Source: Myxococcota bacterium (GTDB lineage Bacteria; Myxococcota; XYA12-FULL-58-9; JABJBS01). From it: DNA of 64,000 nucleotides. A program made the translations under genes and the position numbers. Positions within the stretch are counted from its first letter, which is position 1. Each line of letters begins with the position of its first letter. Below the pieces are notes generated by a model. That model was not told where the DNA came from and made no database searches. It was given only the letters and a program-made list of their open reading frames with translations. The DNA is taken from assembly GCA_036339465.1 (NCBI GenBank), contig JAYZAY010000024.1, positions 21,801-85,800 on the forward strand, in the 5' to 3' direction. Positions 44,481-54,465 of the stretch are shown one piece after another.

Positions 44481-44798
44481 TTAGGTGTCACCATGGGTGG
44501 GTCGGCTTGGGTCCCGGGCCAACACGAATGGTTGGACTATAATGTAGGGGATTTCAGTTGGTTCGTCTTGGTTGAGCTTATTGAGCTCTATGGTGGAGGG
44601 TTTTCGGAGGGAACCAATATCGAGAAGCGATTGAATTTCTTCCACCTGATCTAGAGCGACGGCGACGGCGACGTCAATGAGCTCTTTTTCAAAGGATACA
44701 AAGAGCAGGGCCCCCCTTCCCGCGTGGGGTTCGAGGTCACCCCAGTTAGCCTCTCCTAATTGTGCTTCTAGTTCTTCCCTTAATTTCGCTTTATTCAT
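44481..44798 (-). CDS. DUF2288 family protein
   Basis: W.DLEPHA.RGAL..V....L..VAVAVA.D and IVQPFVL motifs. Confidence 0.8.
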   Translation of the reverse strand: MNKAKLREELEAQLGEANWGDLEPHAGRGALLFVSFEKELIDVAVAVALDQVEEIQSLLDIGSLRKPSTIELNKLNQDEPTEIPYIIVQPFVLARDPSRPTHGDT

Positions 44799-44892
44799 GG
44801 TGATGGCGGAATAATCGAATTTAGTCTAAAGTTCAATCCTCGGCACAGGTTTGTTAGACCTGCTCTTTGACTGCTTGGATGCCGCCTGTGAC

Positions 44893-44998
44893 TGTGTCGG
44901 GTCGGCCACAAAGAGTGTGGCTTGTGGTTCACAAAAGCGCTTTGCTATCCCAGTAAACCACGTGATTTCCCTACTTTCGAATTTGGCACAATTCCTGA
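44893..44998 (+). promoter_or_regulatory. Putative sigma54 promoter with tandem enhancer palindromes and an IHF-like site
   Basis: TGTG-N10-CACA at 44893-44910 and 44916-44933; AAACCACGTGATT IHF-like site; TTGGCAC-N5-CTGA (GG-N10-GA, one mismatch at -12). Confidence 0.55.
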
Positions 44999-45088
44999 TG
45001 GTGTTTCAATGGGGGGTCTATTGAGCGCACGGTGAAGGCCGCGGCCTTTCGACCCAAAGACAATGAACGCCAAACCTACGGAAGGTCG

Positions 45089-46060
45089 ATGCTGATGACA
45101 TACCAACTCTTGCGTTTTCGGTCCTTATTGGCTGGGTTCGTTTTTCTCTCTTTTACAACCCCCGCCCATGCCGACCTCGACCTCGCGTTTTTACTCGATA
45201 CCACTGGTTCCATGTCCAACGAAAAAAGACAGGCCAAAGAGAGAGTTCAACACCTCGCGGATTCGTTGAGGGAAAGTCGCCCGGGTCAACGCGTTCGAAT
45301 CGGCGTTGTTGCATTTCGCGACCGCGGAGATGACTACCTTACGTTGATCTCCCCTCTCGATGAAAACGTAGAATCCAGTTTTCGGTTCCTTGCTGGTTTG
45401 ACCGCGGGTGGAGGTGGAGACCGACCGGAAGATGTTTTAGCTGGTATCTCCGCTGCCATTCATGAATTGAGGTGGGACCACTCCGAAGGTGTTGAACGTC
45501 AAGTCTTTTTGATTGGGGACGCGCCGCCCCACCTCGATTATTCGGATGGTCCCGATTTAGCCGGCCTCGTCGCCACAGCGCGTGAACGCGGCATTGTTTT
45601 CAATAGCATTGGTTGTCGTAACCTGCGAACAAATGGCATCCGATTCTTTCAGGACCTCGCTTATGGGACCGAAGGCGTCTATCAGCATATCGGGCGAGTT
45701 CGGTCGCATTCTAAAGGTCTCACTGAGGCGATGCTGAAGACCCTGAAGCCAAAAAATATCATTAACCACGTCGGGGATACGATTGCTGTGGTGGTCAGGT
45801 GGGAAGGTATTAGGGGGGCTCCCGAGGGTAGTGGAGTCCTGGTTCGTTATGGGGATTGTTTTGGGGGCACAACTTGCCAGATTGAACTAAGCCTACCTGC
45901 AGGGCTCGGGCTCGGTAAAATCCCGGTCGTTCGTAAGGGGCCCGCGTCTGTCGAAGTCCAATTGTCATTAACCCAAGGGACCGGCGGGCGCTATACCTAT
46001 GCCATTGCGCCATGTGTCTCTGCCGATGCCCCTATCCACATAAACTTTGGAGAACGGTAA
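45089..46060 (+). CDS. Secreted VWA domain protein
   Basis: Signal peptide ending AHA; MIDAS DTTGS, VAFRD, GGGDRPEDV, IGDAPPH; small C-terminal domain with Cys residues. Confidence 0.88.
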   Translation: MLMTYQLLRFRSLLAGFVFLSFTTPAHADLDLAFLLDTTGSMSNEKRQAKERVQHLADSLRESRPGQRVRIGVVAFRDRGDDYLTLISPLDENVESSFRFLAGLTAGGGGDRPEDVLAGISAAIHELRWDHSEGVERQVFLIGDAPPHLDYSDGPDLAGLVATARERGIVFNSIGCRNLRTNGIRFFQDLAYGTEGVYQHIGRVRSHSKGLTEAMLKTLKPKNIINHVGDTIAVVVRWEGIRGAPEGSGVLVRYGDCFGGTTCQIELSLPAGLGLGKIPVVRKGPASVEVQLSLTQGTGGRYTYAIAPCVSADAPIHINFGER

Positions 46061-49000
46061 TGTATCGTGAAACATTCATTCTTGTCGCAGTTTTAGTGCT
46101 TACTCGTATGGGAATGTCACAGAATTTGGTAGAGCCAAAGAGTGGGCTTTTTGGTGAGGCGACGCAATTGCCTATTGTGTCGCAGTCGGTCATTGTAAAG
46201 GCAGGTGGCGCGGATGCTCTTTTCGAGGTTGAGCAGGTTTTTTATAACTCTGGCAAGTCCTTATCTCAGGCTGAGTACCGCCTCCATCTCCCGGAAGGAG
46301 CATCTGTAACCGATTTTGGTTTTTGGGATGGGGGCGAGTATTTGGGGGCTACGCTCAAAGAAAGGTTAGAAGCCAAAAAGTCCCACAAAGTGGCGGGGGC
46401 CACAGGTTACCGAACTGCGCTCTTGGAACATGATGGAAAAGTGCACTCCTTTACTGTCTACCCAATTCAAGCGGGAGCGTATAAAAAGGTGAAGGTCTCT
46501 TTCCGCGTGCCGGTGGTCATGGAAATGGGACAGAGTCATGTGAGAGTTTCAGTGGATGAACTCTTAGGTCAGAAGGGTCCGAATTCAACGGTGTTGGTGG
46601 AAGTGGATGCAGACGAAAAACTGGTGGATTTTGGGTTCAGAAAGGCTTCTGACCAAACTGAACATGCTTTTAAGGAAATAGGGAGATCTGAGAAATGGGC
46701 GCGATTTATTACCGCGGCGCTAGATTCAGTCGAGCTTTGGTGGAGCCAAGAAACGCCCGATGTATTGGTGAAGGCTGATGCGGTTCCACTTTTATCTGAA
46801 GGTGACTTCGGCGTGCAGGTTAGAATAGCTCTGGGGCATGGTGGGGATTGGAAACCGAGGTACGAGCAAGTTTTGGTTTTTGTCGATACCTCCTTTTCCA
46901 TGAGGTTCAAGATTCGCGAATTGACCCTATTACTTCAACGACTTGAAAATCAGTCACCTGCGCCGATTATGTTTTATGCTTTGAACCAGAAAAGAGGGGC
47001 GAGACAGGATTATTCGGCTGAGGGATTGCTAGGCGAGTTTTCTGCGGGGCGATTGGGTCACGCATTTGATGCCAAACATTTAGAGCCTGTTTGGGACGCG
47101 GATGGATGCGACACTGAACGCGTCAAATGTCTCATTGTGGCCGACCCACAGCTTGCAGATCTGTCGCTTAAGTTGGCAGGAGAGACCATCCTTTTAGGGG
47201 ATGCCTACGAATATGAACATTTTTTTGTGCTGTCGGATGAAGCGTTCCGGAAAATACAGGTGGAAGTGGACCCGGTGGCTGCTATCCACGAAGCCGCCGA
47301 CGCAGCGTTGCTCCCTGTTTTGCGCATACATCAGATAGAAAGCTTTGGGGTGCCTCTCGATTTGATTAATGAGCCTAGGATGGAAGTGACTGAAGGTAGC
47401 ATGGTGCGCATGTATTTGCGCGTGCCTAGCCTGTCGACCCTCGATATCTTTGCGAGCATCAATGAGCGGTCTTTGATGTTTAAAGTGGAACCAAAATTAC
47501 ATGGAATTGAAACGCTCAAAAGTCGCAATATGATGTGGGGGGTTTATCGAGAGGTTCTTCGGTCTTGGATGCGGCGGTATCAGAGCGAACCAAATACCGG
47601 TTTGAAGCAAGCTATTGTTGATTTAAGTTTGCGCGAAGAAATCCCTACTGCCCTCACGTCGCTGCATGTAGAAGATCCCGCATTGAGTCTCTACAGCATT
47701 AAGCCTGGTGACCCGATTCTTTCGGTTCAGGGAGAACCAGGGCTTGATTATGTGGAGGCGTGGTATCCCTTCGGCGCAAGTCGACGATTGGCTTTTGATG
47801 CTGAATCGAATGTCTACAGTGACCGTTTTCTTGTTCCCCGGGGATGGGGAGACCGCTCTTATCGTATTGAGGTATTTAAACATTTTGATAACAAAACCAT
47901 TAGAAAGGAGGAGGTTTGGTATCGTATTGATAATATTGGTCCAAACTTGATGGTTCGAAAAGATGGTGATGACTTGGTGATTCGAGATGGTGACGGGCGG
48001 CATCTAGGGGCTGTGGTTATTCATCGGGAGGATGGAAGCACAGTGAGTTTGAGCCCTGTGGGTGGGCTGTGGGCCATCCGCACCGCAGCACTGCCCAAGA
48101 AGTTTCGATTGATGGCAAGGGACCGAGCCGGAAATCGGACTTGGATCAGTTGTCAGTGGCAGAATGGAAGCCTTGAATTACATACCCCGCGACCCAAACG
48201 AAAAGATTTTGAAAGAGTGGCACATGTCGCTTGGGAACTCGAACAAGAGGGGGACGGTATCGCGGTACGAGCAGGGAATGCCTATATAGGAGACCCCGCT
48301 TCCCCGTTGTGGTTTCCGCTACGGCCAGGACTACTTAACTCGTTACGTAAAACCGGTCTGGTTACCTTGGGTGACCATCGTTACTGGCTTTCTACACAAG
48401 CCGGAGATTTATTGGAGTTGAATTGTGAACCATCCAACTACTGCGTGGCAGAACCCATAACAGTGAGGTTTATAGGTTATCCTATTACGGGACTCGCTTC
48501 TCTTAGCGGTGACCGCGTGTTGATTGGTGTATTGGGACAGGGGTTGTTTGAATATGGGCCGGATGGGATTAAACAAAGTTCCAAGAAGGTCGGTAGCCTT
48601 TTTGTGACGGGGATTCATCAGCTGAGAAATGGCTTGTTGCTCATAGGGACGGCCTATAATGGACTTTGGAGGATTGTAGGTGACGGTGTCTATAAGACGC
48701 GGTTCCCCCACGAGCATGTTGCAGGTTTTGTAAAACAATCCGGTCGACTGGTGATTGAGAGTGGTTTCGGGCGATTCAAAAGGCTGGGCACCGATAGGTA
48801 TCGGCAGGTGAAAGAAAGAACGGATGTGAAGACTACCAGTGATTTTACTTTTGTTGATGCTGTCCGTTTTCGAGGCAGGGACCTCTTGGCCGCTTTTGAT
48901 GGCGGTCTTTTTGAACTGAGCAATGGCAACGTGGCGCCTCTTGACTTCTCGCTTTCTCCTGGGCTTTCCCGTATTAACCGGTTGGCTGTTTGGGACGATT

Positions 49001-49674
49001 CGCTGTGGGTGGGAACTGAGAGAGGGTTGATGAGGTTTAAGGAACTCGACCCATCGGTGGGTGTTGAGGTGGTTACGGAAAATTCAATCCATGATCTCGC
49101 AGTGGGAACTGACTCTTTACTGGTTGCTTCCTCTAAAGGGCTTCTTCGACTTGAACGAGACGGTCTGATGGAAAGGTTGGATAGACAGGCTGGGATTTCC
49201 AGAGAAAGTTTTGGTGCCGTTGCGGTCATTGGAGATAGCATCTTTGGGGGGACCATGGATGGTTTGTATCAATTTGACGCGAATGGTGTTCGAGAAATCG
49301 GTGCCGGTTTAGGGTTTGATGGAGGCTGGGTTACAAGTTTGGTGGGGGAATCTAATTCTCTATGGATTGGAACCTACGACGCAGGGGTTTATTTGCTTAA
49401 GCATGGTAAAGTGAAAATCGTTTCTGGAGTTGAGGACCAATGGGTTCCACCGGGAGGAATGAGTATTAATCAAAGCGTGGTGTGGGTGGGTGGGATTGGT
49501 ATGGCTCCGGCTCGAATTCACGGTTCCAATGTCGAACGCACCCACGTTCCAGCCCGCGATGTTTATGGGGTAACCATGATAAACAATGAACTATGGTTTT
49601 TGACCAACGAGGGACTCATGAAAACCTATACGTCCAAAGAGCGATTGGGCCCCTCCCCTGAACTCGTTGAATAG
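46060..49674 (+). CDS. Large secreted VIT-domain protein with degenerate VWA, PGDP-type domain and C-terminal beta-propeller repeats
   Basis: ATG overlaps the VWA stop (TAATG); VEQVFYN...YRLHLPEGASVTDF VIT motif; FVDTSFSM; LTSLHVED; PGDP; repeated LWVGT..GL blades. Confidence 0.82.
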   Translation: MYRETFILVAVLVLTRMGMSQNLVEPKSGLFGEATQLPIVSQSVIVKAGGADALFEVEQVFYNSGKSLSQAEYRLHLPEGASVTDFGFWDGGEYLGATLKERLEAKKSHKVAGATGYRTALLEHDGKVHSFTVYPIQAGAYKKVKVSFRVPVVMEMGQSHVRVSVDELLGQKGPNSTVLVEVDADEKLVDFGFRKASDQTEHAFKEIGRSEKWARFITAALDSVELWWSQETPDVLVKADAVPLLSEGDFGVQVRIALGHGGDWKPRYEQVLVFVDTSFSMRFKIRELTLLLQRLENQSPAPIMFYALNQKRGARQDYSAEGLLGEFSAGRLGHAFDAKHLEPVWDADGCDTERVKCLIVADPQLADLSLKLAGETILLGDAYEYEHFFVLSDEAFRKIQVEVDPVAAIHEAADAALLPVLRIHQIESFGVPLDLINEPRMEVTEGSMVRMYLRVPSLSTLDIFASINERSLMFKVEPKLHGIETLKSRNMMWGVYREVLRSWMRRYQSEPNTGLKQAIVDLSLREEIPTALTSLHVEDPALSLYSIKPGDPILSVQGEPGLDYVEAWYPFGASRRLAFDAESNVYSDRFLVPRGWGDRSYRIEVFKHFDNKTIRKEEVWYRIDNIGPNLMVRKDGDDLVIRDGDGRHLGAVVIHREDGSTVSLSPVGGLWAIRTAALPKKFRLMARDRAGNRTWISCQWQNGSLELHTPRPKRKDFERVAHVAWELEQEGDGIAVRAGNAYIGDPASPLWFPLRPGLLNSLRKTGLVTLGDHRYWLSTQAGDLLELNCEPSNYCVAEPITVRFIGYPITGLASLSGDRVLIGVLGQGLFEYGPDGIKQSSKKVGSLFVTGIHQLRNGLLLIGTAYNGLWRIVGDGVYKTRFPHEHVAGFVKQSGRLVIESGFGRFKRLGTDRYRQVKERTDVKTTSDFTFVDAVRFRGRDLLAAFDGGLFELSNGNVAPLDFSLSPGLSRINRLAVWDDSLWVGTERGLMRFKELDPSVGVEVVTENSIHDLAVGTDSLLVASSKGLLRLERDGLMERLDRQAGISRESFGAVAVIGDSIFGGTMDGLYQFDANGVREIGAGLGFDGGWVTSLVGESNSLWIGTYDAGVYLLKHGKVKIVSGVEDQWVPPGGMSINQSVVWVGGIGMAPARIHGSNVERTHVPARDVYGVTMINNELWFLTNEGLMKTYTSKERLGPSPELVE

Positions 49675-49698
49675 GGTTTACGAAGGTTCGCTGAAAAC

Positions 49699-49989
49699 CT
49701 ATTTCCCGAAATCGATATTGCTCCCACCAGAACGGTCTTGGTGTTTCTTGGGAGGGTTTCGCAACAAGTACACTGCCACAACGATCACTGCCCCGAGGGC
49801 CCCAACCCGCGCCCCGTTGCCCCAACCAAAAGTGAAGCCAAGGGCAACACTGATGGCGGCAACTACTGCTAATAGTCCCAGCAGTAGAGGCGGGGGTGCC
49901 AGCGATTCTTTCTTGCCTAAGTGACAGTTTTTGTATTTCTTCCCGCTACCGCAGGAACAAGGTTGATTCCTACCTAGTTTCTCTCCCAT
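49699..49989 (-). CDS. SEC-C motif protein with two TM helices
   Basis: GRNQPCSCGSGKKYKNCH followed by two hydrophobic segments. Confidence 0.82.
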   Translation of the reverse strand: MGEKLGRNQPCSCGSGKKYKNCHLGKKESLAPPPLLLGLLAVVAAISVALGFTFGWGNGARVGALGAVIVVAVYLLRNPPKKHQDRSGGSNIDFGK

Positions 49990-50465
49990 GAATTCACCCT
50001 TTACTGTAGTTCTTAGTAAGTATGCTGCGGGAGTATTCCTTTAATTACGAAATAATCGCAAGGGGAATTTTGGGCACCTCCCAAGAAGATGCGTATTTTT
50101 AGCTCCTGCAGAAAGCCCCGATAAATGGCGATGGCATCCTGTCGTGCGCGGCCAGTGTGATATGAATATGCACTGGGGGATAGGTCGGGCCGAATGCTTT
50201 TGCCTAGGTGCTTGGATACAGCATGCAGGTTTTGGTCGAACTCTGTATTACTTTATGATTGTCTTATACCCCATGGATGGGCGATCGGATTATTATGATT
50301 TCATGCAAATGAGTATTCCAAAAGGTTGATTTTATTCACCTACCAACAAAGGCCATGCACGACTGCCATGGTCAGGTATGAATGTAATGACGTCTTTTCT
50401 GGTTGTCTTCACACCTTTTATGTAAGGGTGTCTCTCCTTGTGATGTGCGGTTCTTGGGAGATTTT

Positions 50466-52202
50466 ATGAAAACAACCAGAGAAGTGGGCCGGGAAAATTT
50501 AAAGCGTTGGCAGGATATTCAACCGAGGAATTTTTTTAAAAGTAACCATCATCTTCAAAGGATTCTCAAAAATCTTTGGGCATGCGAGATCTCATCTGGA
50601 AACCAAGAGTTATTAAGTTCTTTTGGCCAAGTGGTCGTGGATGTTCTAGATCCTGCGGCTGTGGTCAATAATCGACCAGGAAACTTACCGATCTTGGAAC
50701 GTTGGTCTGAAATTGGCGAACGTACCGAGGGGATCGACCATCATCCTAGCTATCATGCATGTGGCGAGGCTATTTACGGGAAAGGGCGCATGATCGCGGT
50801 CTATGGAGAGTCTCCGAACAACCTCCTTGCGCAGTCTCTCTTTTATCTTTCGAGTCATGCGGGCGAGGCCGGACACAATTGCCCCGTGGCTTGTACTGCC
50901 GGCGTGGTTAAGGCCTTAGGCGGCGCGGGCAGTGAAGAGCTGAAGGCACGGTGGTTGCCTGGGCTTCTAACGGCCGACTATTCCAAGCGGTTGGACGGTG
51001 CCCAGTTTCTCACCGAGGTGCAGGGAGGATCTGATGTGGGTGCAAATTGTGTCTGGGCACGGCCCGATGGACAGGAGTACGGAACTACCCGTTGGCGCAT
51101 TCATGGAGAAAAATGGTTTTGCTCCAATGCTGATGCAGATCTCATTTTAATTACCGCCCGTTGGGAAGGCGGCCCGCAAGGTAGCGCTGGCCTCGGTCTC
51201 TTCTTGTTGCCCCGTTTCTTAGATGATGGGAATATCAATCATTTTGCGATTCGGAGGTTGAAAGAAAAGCTTGGTACACGTTCTATGGCATCGGGAGAAA
51301 TCGACTTTAATGGCGCAGTTGCTTATGCAGTGGGGCCAGTAGAGAACGGTTTTTCCTCAGTCATGCGTTATGTTATTAATACCTCAAGACTCTACAATTC
51401 TCTCGGATGTACTGGCCTGGCTCGACGGGCTCTCGAAGTGGCTAAGGCCTACGCGTTGACTCGAGAAGCCTTCGGGAAGCCGGTGATTCAATTTCCTCTA
51501 ATGCAAGAAATGCTGGCATCTATGGTTGCCACTGAAGAAGTGATGCTTTCTGGCGTGCTTCGGTTGGCAGCCATTCTTGACCGAAAAGAAAGAGGTAAAA
51601 CGAATCCCCAAGAGGAAGATTTTTCTAGGGTGGCTATTAATCTGGCGAAAATGCGCACCTGTCAACATTCTCATCGTGTCATTTTGACTGCCATAGAAAC
51701 CCTTGGAGGAAACGGTGCGATTGAGTCATTTTCTGTTTTGCCTCGACTCTTAAGGGACAATGTCGTGTATGAAAATTGGGAGGGAACGCACAATACTTTG
51801 ATTGCACAAAGCCTGCGGGATTTTTCAAGCTTGAATCTACATCAAGGATTCTTTGAAGTGATGAACCAATTGCTAGTAGCGGAGGGCGATTCAATTGGAT
51901 TGCATGACCTGCGCAATGAATTGCGCTGCTTTCTTGATGATTTAAAAAGGGATGTGTCTGTGTCGTTAAATGTCGAGGACCTGGGTGTTGCGAGTCTCAG
52001 TTTGCGACCGTGCCTGGAGAGAGCCGCAGACCTTTATTTTGCATTGGCCTTTTATGGGGATATATTGAAGGAGCGAGACGCTACCCGGCGACCCAAAGAT
52101 CTGGCCGTCCTAACTTGGTTTATTGAGACTTTTCTTCGTGAAGAGCGGCCGGTTCGAGATGAAATCTACCTAGAACGTTTAAAGAATATTGTTTTAAGTT
52201 AG
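50466..52202 (+). CDS. Acyl-CoA dehydrogenase family protein (AidB-like)
   Basis: CPVACT, QFLTEVQGGSDVG, GEKWFCSN, RLKEKLGTRSMASGE, WEGTHN. Confidence 0.9.
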   Translation: MKTTREVGRENLKRWQDIQPRNFFKSNHHLQRILKNLWACEISSGNQELLSSFGQVVVDVLDPAAVVNNRPGNLPILERWSEIGERTEGIDHHPSYHACGEAIYGKGRMIAVYGESPNNLLAQSLFYLSSHAGEAGHNCPVACTAGVVKALGGAGSEELKARWLPGLLTADYSKRLDGAQFLTEVQGGSDVGANCVWARPDGQEYGTTRWRIHGEKWFCSNADADLILITARWEGGPQGSAGLGLFLLPRFLDDGNINHFAIRRLKEKLGTRSMASGEIDFNGAVAYAVGPVENGFSSVMRYVINTSRLYNSLGCTGLARRALEVAKAYALTREAFGKPVIQFPLMQEMLASMVATEEVMLSGVLRLAAILDRKERGKTNPQEEDFSRVAINLAKMRTCQHSHRVILTAIETLGGNGAIESFSVLPRLLRDNVVYENWEGTHNTLIAQSLRDFSSLNLHQGFFEVMNQLLVAEGDSIGLHDLRNELRCFLDDLKRDVSVSLNVEDLGVASLSLRPCLERAADLYFALAFYGDILKERDATRRPKDLAVLTWFIETFLREERPVRDEIYLERLKNIVLS

Positions 52203-52544
52203 AATTCGGAGCCCTACGATCTTCTACTTTTCCCGCAGGGATTCCCGCGCTTTTAAGCCCATCGCCTGGAACTTAATGCACAGATGCACAGAAAATCTAT
52301 TTCTTGGGTTGGCTTAGGGCAAGCGATTCGTTTTTTTGGGAATGCCTCTATCTACTTCTTGATTTTATGGTGGGGGGAGGTGTGTGACATACCCATCTTG
52401 TTGGGGATGATGAAGACCGCACGTGTTTATGTGGAGGCAATAAAGCGTTTTTGCTGCTGGTCTTCGCCCGAATTTCATTGATAGTATTCTCATTGCAGTG
52501 GAGTGTTGTACAAATGGTTATTGACTGAAGGCGGGGAGCTGAAA

Positions 52545-53732
52545 ATGATCCAGATTGGAACACCAGGTACGAAAAGCGCGACCAGGCTCATGATACTTGG
52601 GGGGATGGAGAGCGCCAAAGAGACGGCCATGGTTGCCCAGCGTTGGGGATTAGAAGTCATTGCGGTGGGGAATACGGAAGACGAACCAGCGATGCATGTG
52701 GCCCATCGTTCTTATGTGATTCATATGTCCAATGGCGACGATCTCAAGGCTTTGGTCGCGAGGGAAAAGCCCCATGTCATCCTGCCGTGCACAAAACTTG
52801 TTGCGGCCGATGCCTTGGTTGAACTTGAGAACAAAGGATATAAAGTAGTTCCCAGTGCAAATGCAGCAAAATTGGGAGGAGACCGGCTGCACATCCGGCG
52901 ACTGGTATCTGGGGAACTTGGACTACCAACATCAGCCTATCGGGTTGCCGAAACTATGGCTGACTATTGGACGAGTGTGGGTGAAATTGGCTTTCCGTGT
53001 GTGGTGAAGCCTCTCCATAGCACGTCGGGTATGGGCCATAGTTTACTCAAGGGAGATGGGGATACCATGAAGAGCTGGCAAGTGGCTCAGGATAAAGCCC
53101 ATCCAGGGACATGTGGGGTTATCATTGAAAGCTTAATAGATTTCGATTACGAAGTTACTCTTTTGGTGGTTCGCCACGAGGATGGAAGCGACTTCTGCGA
53201 ACCTATTGGGCACAAGAAACAAGTGGCGAATTATGTTGAGTCCTGGCAACCCTGTGAAATGCAGGGGGCGGCATTGGCCCAATGCCAAGAGATGGCCACG
53301 AAGATCTGTGACCGTATTGGGGGTTATGGACTCTTTTCTCTTGAGTTTTTTATTCAGGGGGAATCCGTCTATTTTAGCAAGGTTTGTCCTTGTCCCCATG
53401 ACACCGGACTGGTTACCTTAATATCACAAGACTTGTCGCAAAATGAATTACATTTGAGGGCTGCATTGGGTTTGCCTATTCCTAATGTGAGGAATAGAGG
53501 ACCCGCGGCGGCAGCTGCCCTAATTACTGAGAAAAAGGGGACTGATCCTCTCTATCAGATCAGTACCGAAGCCTTAGCTGTTCCGGACACGGAAATTCGG
53601 TTGTTTGGTGAATCGGAAGTCCACGGTCAACGACCCTTGGGGGTGGCTTTGGCCTTAGGGAAAGATTTGGAGGAGGCGAGGACCAAGGCATCGTATGTCA
53701 TTAAAGGTATCGACATAAAACTCAACTCTTGA
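52545..53732 (+). CDS. PurT (formate-dependent GAR transformylase)-like ATP-grasp protein with degenerate active site
   Basis: Colinear with PurT (PAMHVAHRS, ESWQP, PHDTGLVTLISQDLS, LGVALA) but many catalytic positions substituted. Confidence 0.85.
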   Translation: MIQIGTPGTKSATRLMILGGMESAKETAMVAQRWGLEVIAVGNTEDEPAMHVAHRSYVIHMSNGDDLKALVAREKPHVILPCTKLVAADALVELENKGYKVVPSANAAKLGGDRLHIRRLVSGELGLPTSAYRVAETMADYWTSVGEIGFPCVVKPLHSTSGMGHSLLKGDGDTMKSWQVAQDKAHPGTCGVIIESLIDFDYEVTLLVVRHEDGSDFCEPIGHKKQVANYVESWQPCEMQGAALAQCQEMATKICDRIGGYGLFSLEFFIQGESVYFSKVCPCPHDTGLVTLISQDLSQNELHLRAALGLPIPNVRNRGPAAAAALITEKKGTDPLYQISTEALAVPDTEIRLFGESEVHGQRPLGVALALGKDLEEARTKASYVIKGIDIKLNS

Positions 53733-53735
53733 ATC

Positions 53736-54104
53736 TTAGCCACCGGAGCGTTTGACCTTCCACCCGTGTTTTTCCAGTTCAGGAATTAAGGTATCGCGGT
53801 GGTCTCCTTGGATTTCAATCACGCCTTCTTTGACCGTTCCTCCTGAGCCGCATCGTTTCTTGAGTGCTTTTGCCAGTTTTGTGAGCTCTTTTCCGGAGAG
53901 GGGTATGCCGGTAATCATTGTGACACCCTTCCCTTTTCTGCCTTTGGTTTCCCGCCCTACCCTCACGACGCCATCGCCCTTGGGTGGGTCTTTATGGGGT
54001 CGACATTGGCACTTTTTGAGGGGTTTAGCGCAGCGAGGGCATGCATTACCGTGTTCGGAGGAATAAACGAGCGTATCACTTGTGTGGGGTTCTTTTTTTG
54101 TCAT
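53736..54104 (-). CDS. yciH: SUI1 family translation initiation factor YciH
   Basis: LVYSS, ETKGRKGKGVT, CGSGG, IEIQGDHR. Confidence 0.93.
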   Translation of the reverse strand: MTKKEPHTSDTLVYSSEHGNACPRCAKPLKKCQCRPHKDPPKGDGVVRVGRETKGRKGKGVTMITGIPLSGKELTKLAKALKKRCGSGGTVKEGVIEIQGDHRDTLIPELEKHGWKVKRSGG

Positions 54105-54465
54105 GTCTTCTCAAATCGGTTTTTTCATCATCAGGCTCCACAAACCAGTGGTCTTCGGAACTGAGTTGTGCCACTGCCAAGAGCACGTGATTCGGGTTGG
54201 CGGACATCATATCCTGAATATGCGGATCTCGAAATAAATGGTATGAATGGGGGTGCAAAGATATCGGCTTGCGGGTGGATAGGTTTTTAAAGTATGGGCG
54301 AGCATGGGGAATCTGCCCCCATTGGATGTTGCGGACGCTGGTTGCTGCAGTGCCATCCAAAACCGTCGTCATGGTTTTGTCATAAAGTTGTTGAGTTGCA
54401 TTCATGTGGCCTTGTCGGTTGGAAAAGAAGTCTTGGCTCTCCTTGGCAAATGATTGGCTGGCCAT
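54076..54465 (-). CDS. Hypothetical protein
   Basis: GGGAG RBS before ATG 54465; overlaps the yciH start; no motif recognised. Confidence 0.45.
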   Translation of the reverse strand: MASQSFAKESQDFFSNRQGHMNATQQLYDKTMTTVLDGTAATSVRNIQWGQIPHARPYFKNLSTRKPISLHPHSYHLFRDPHIQDMMSANPNHVLLAVAQLSSEDHWFVEPDDEKTDLRRHDKKRTPHK

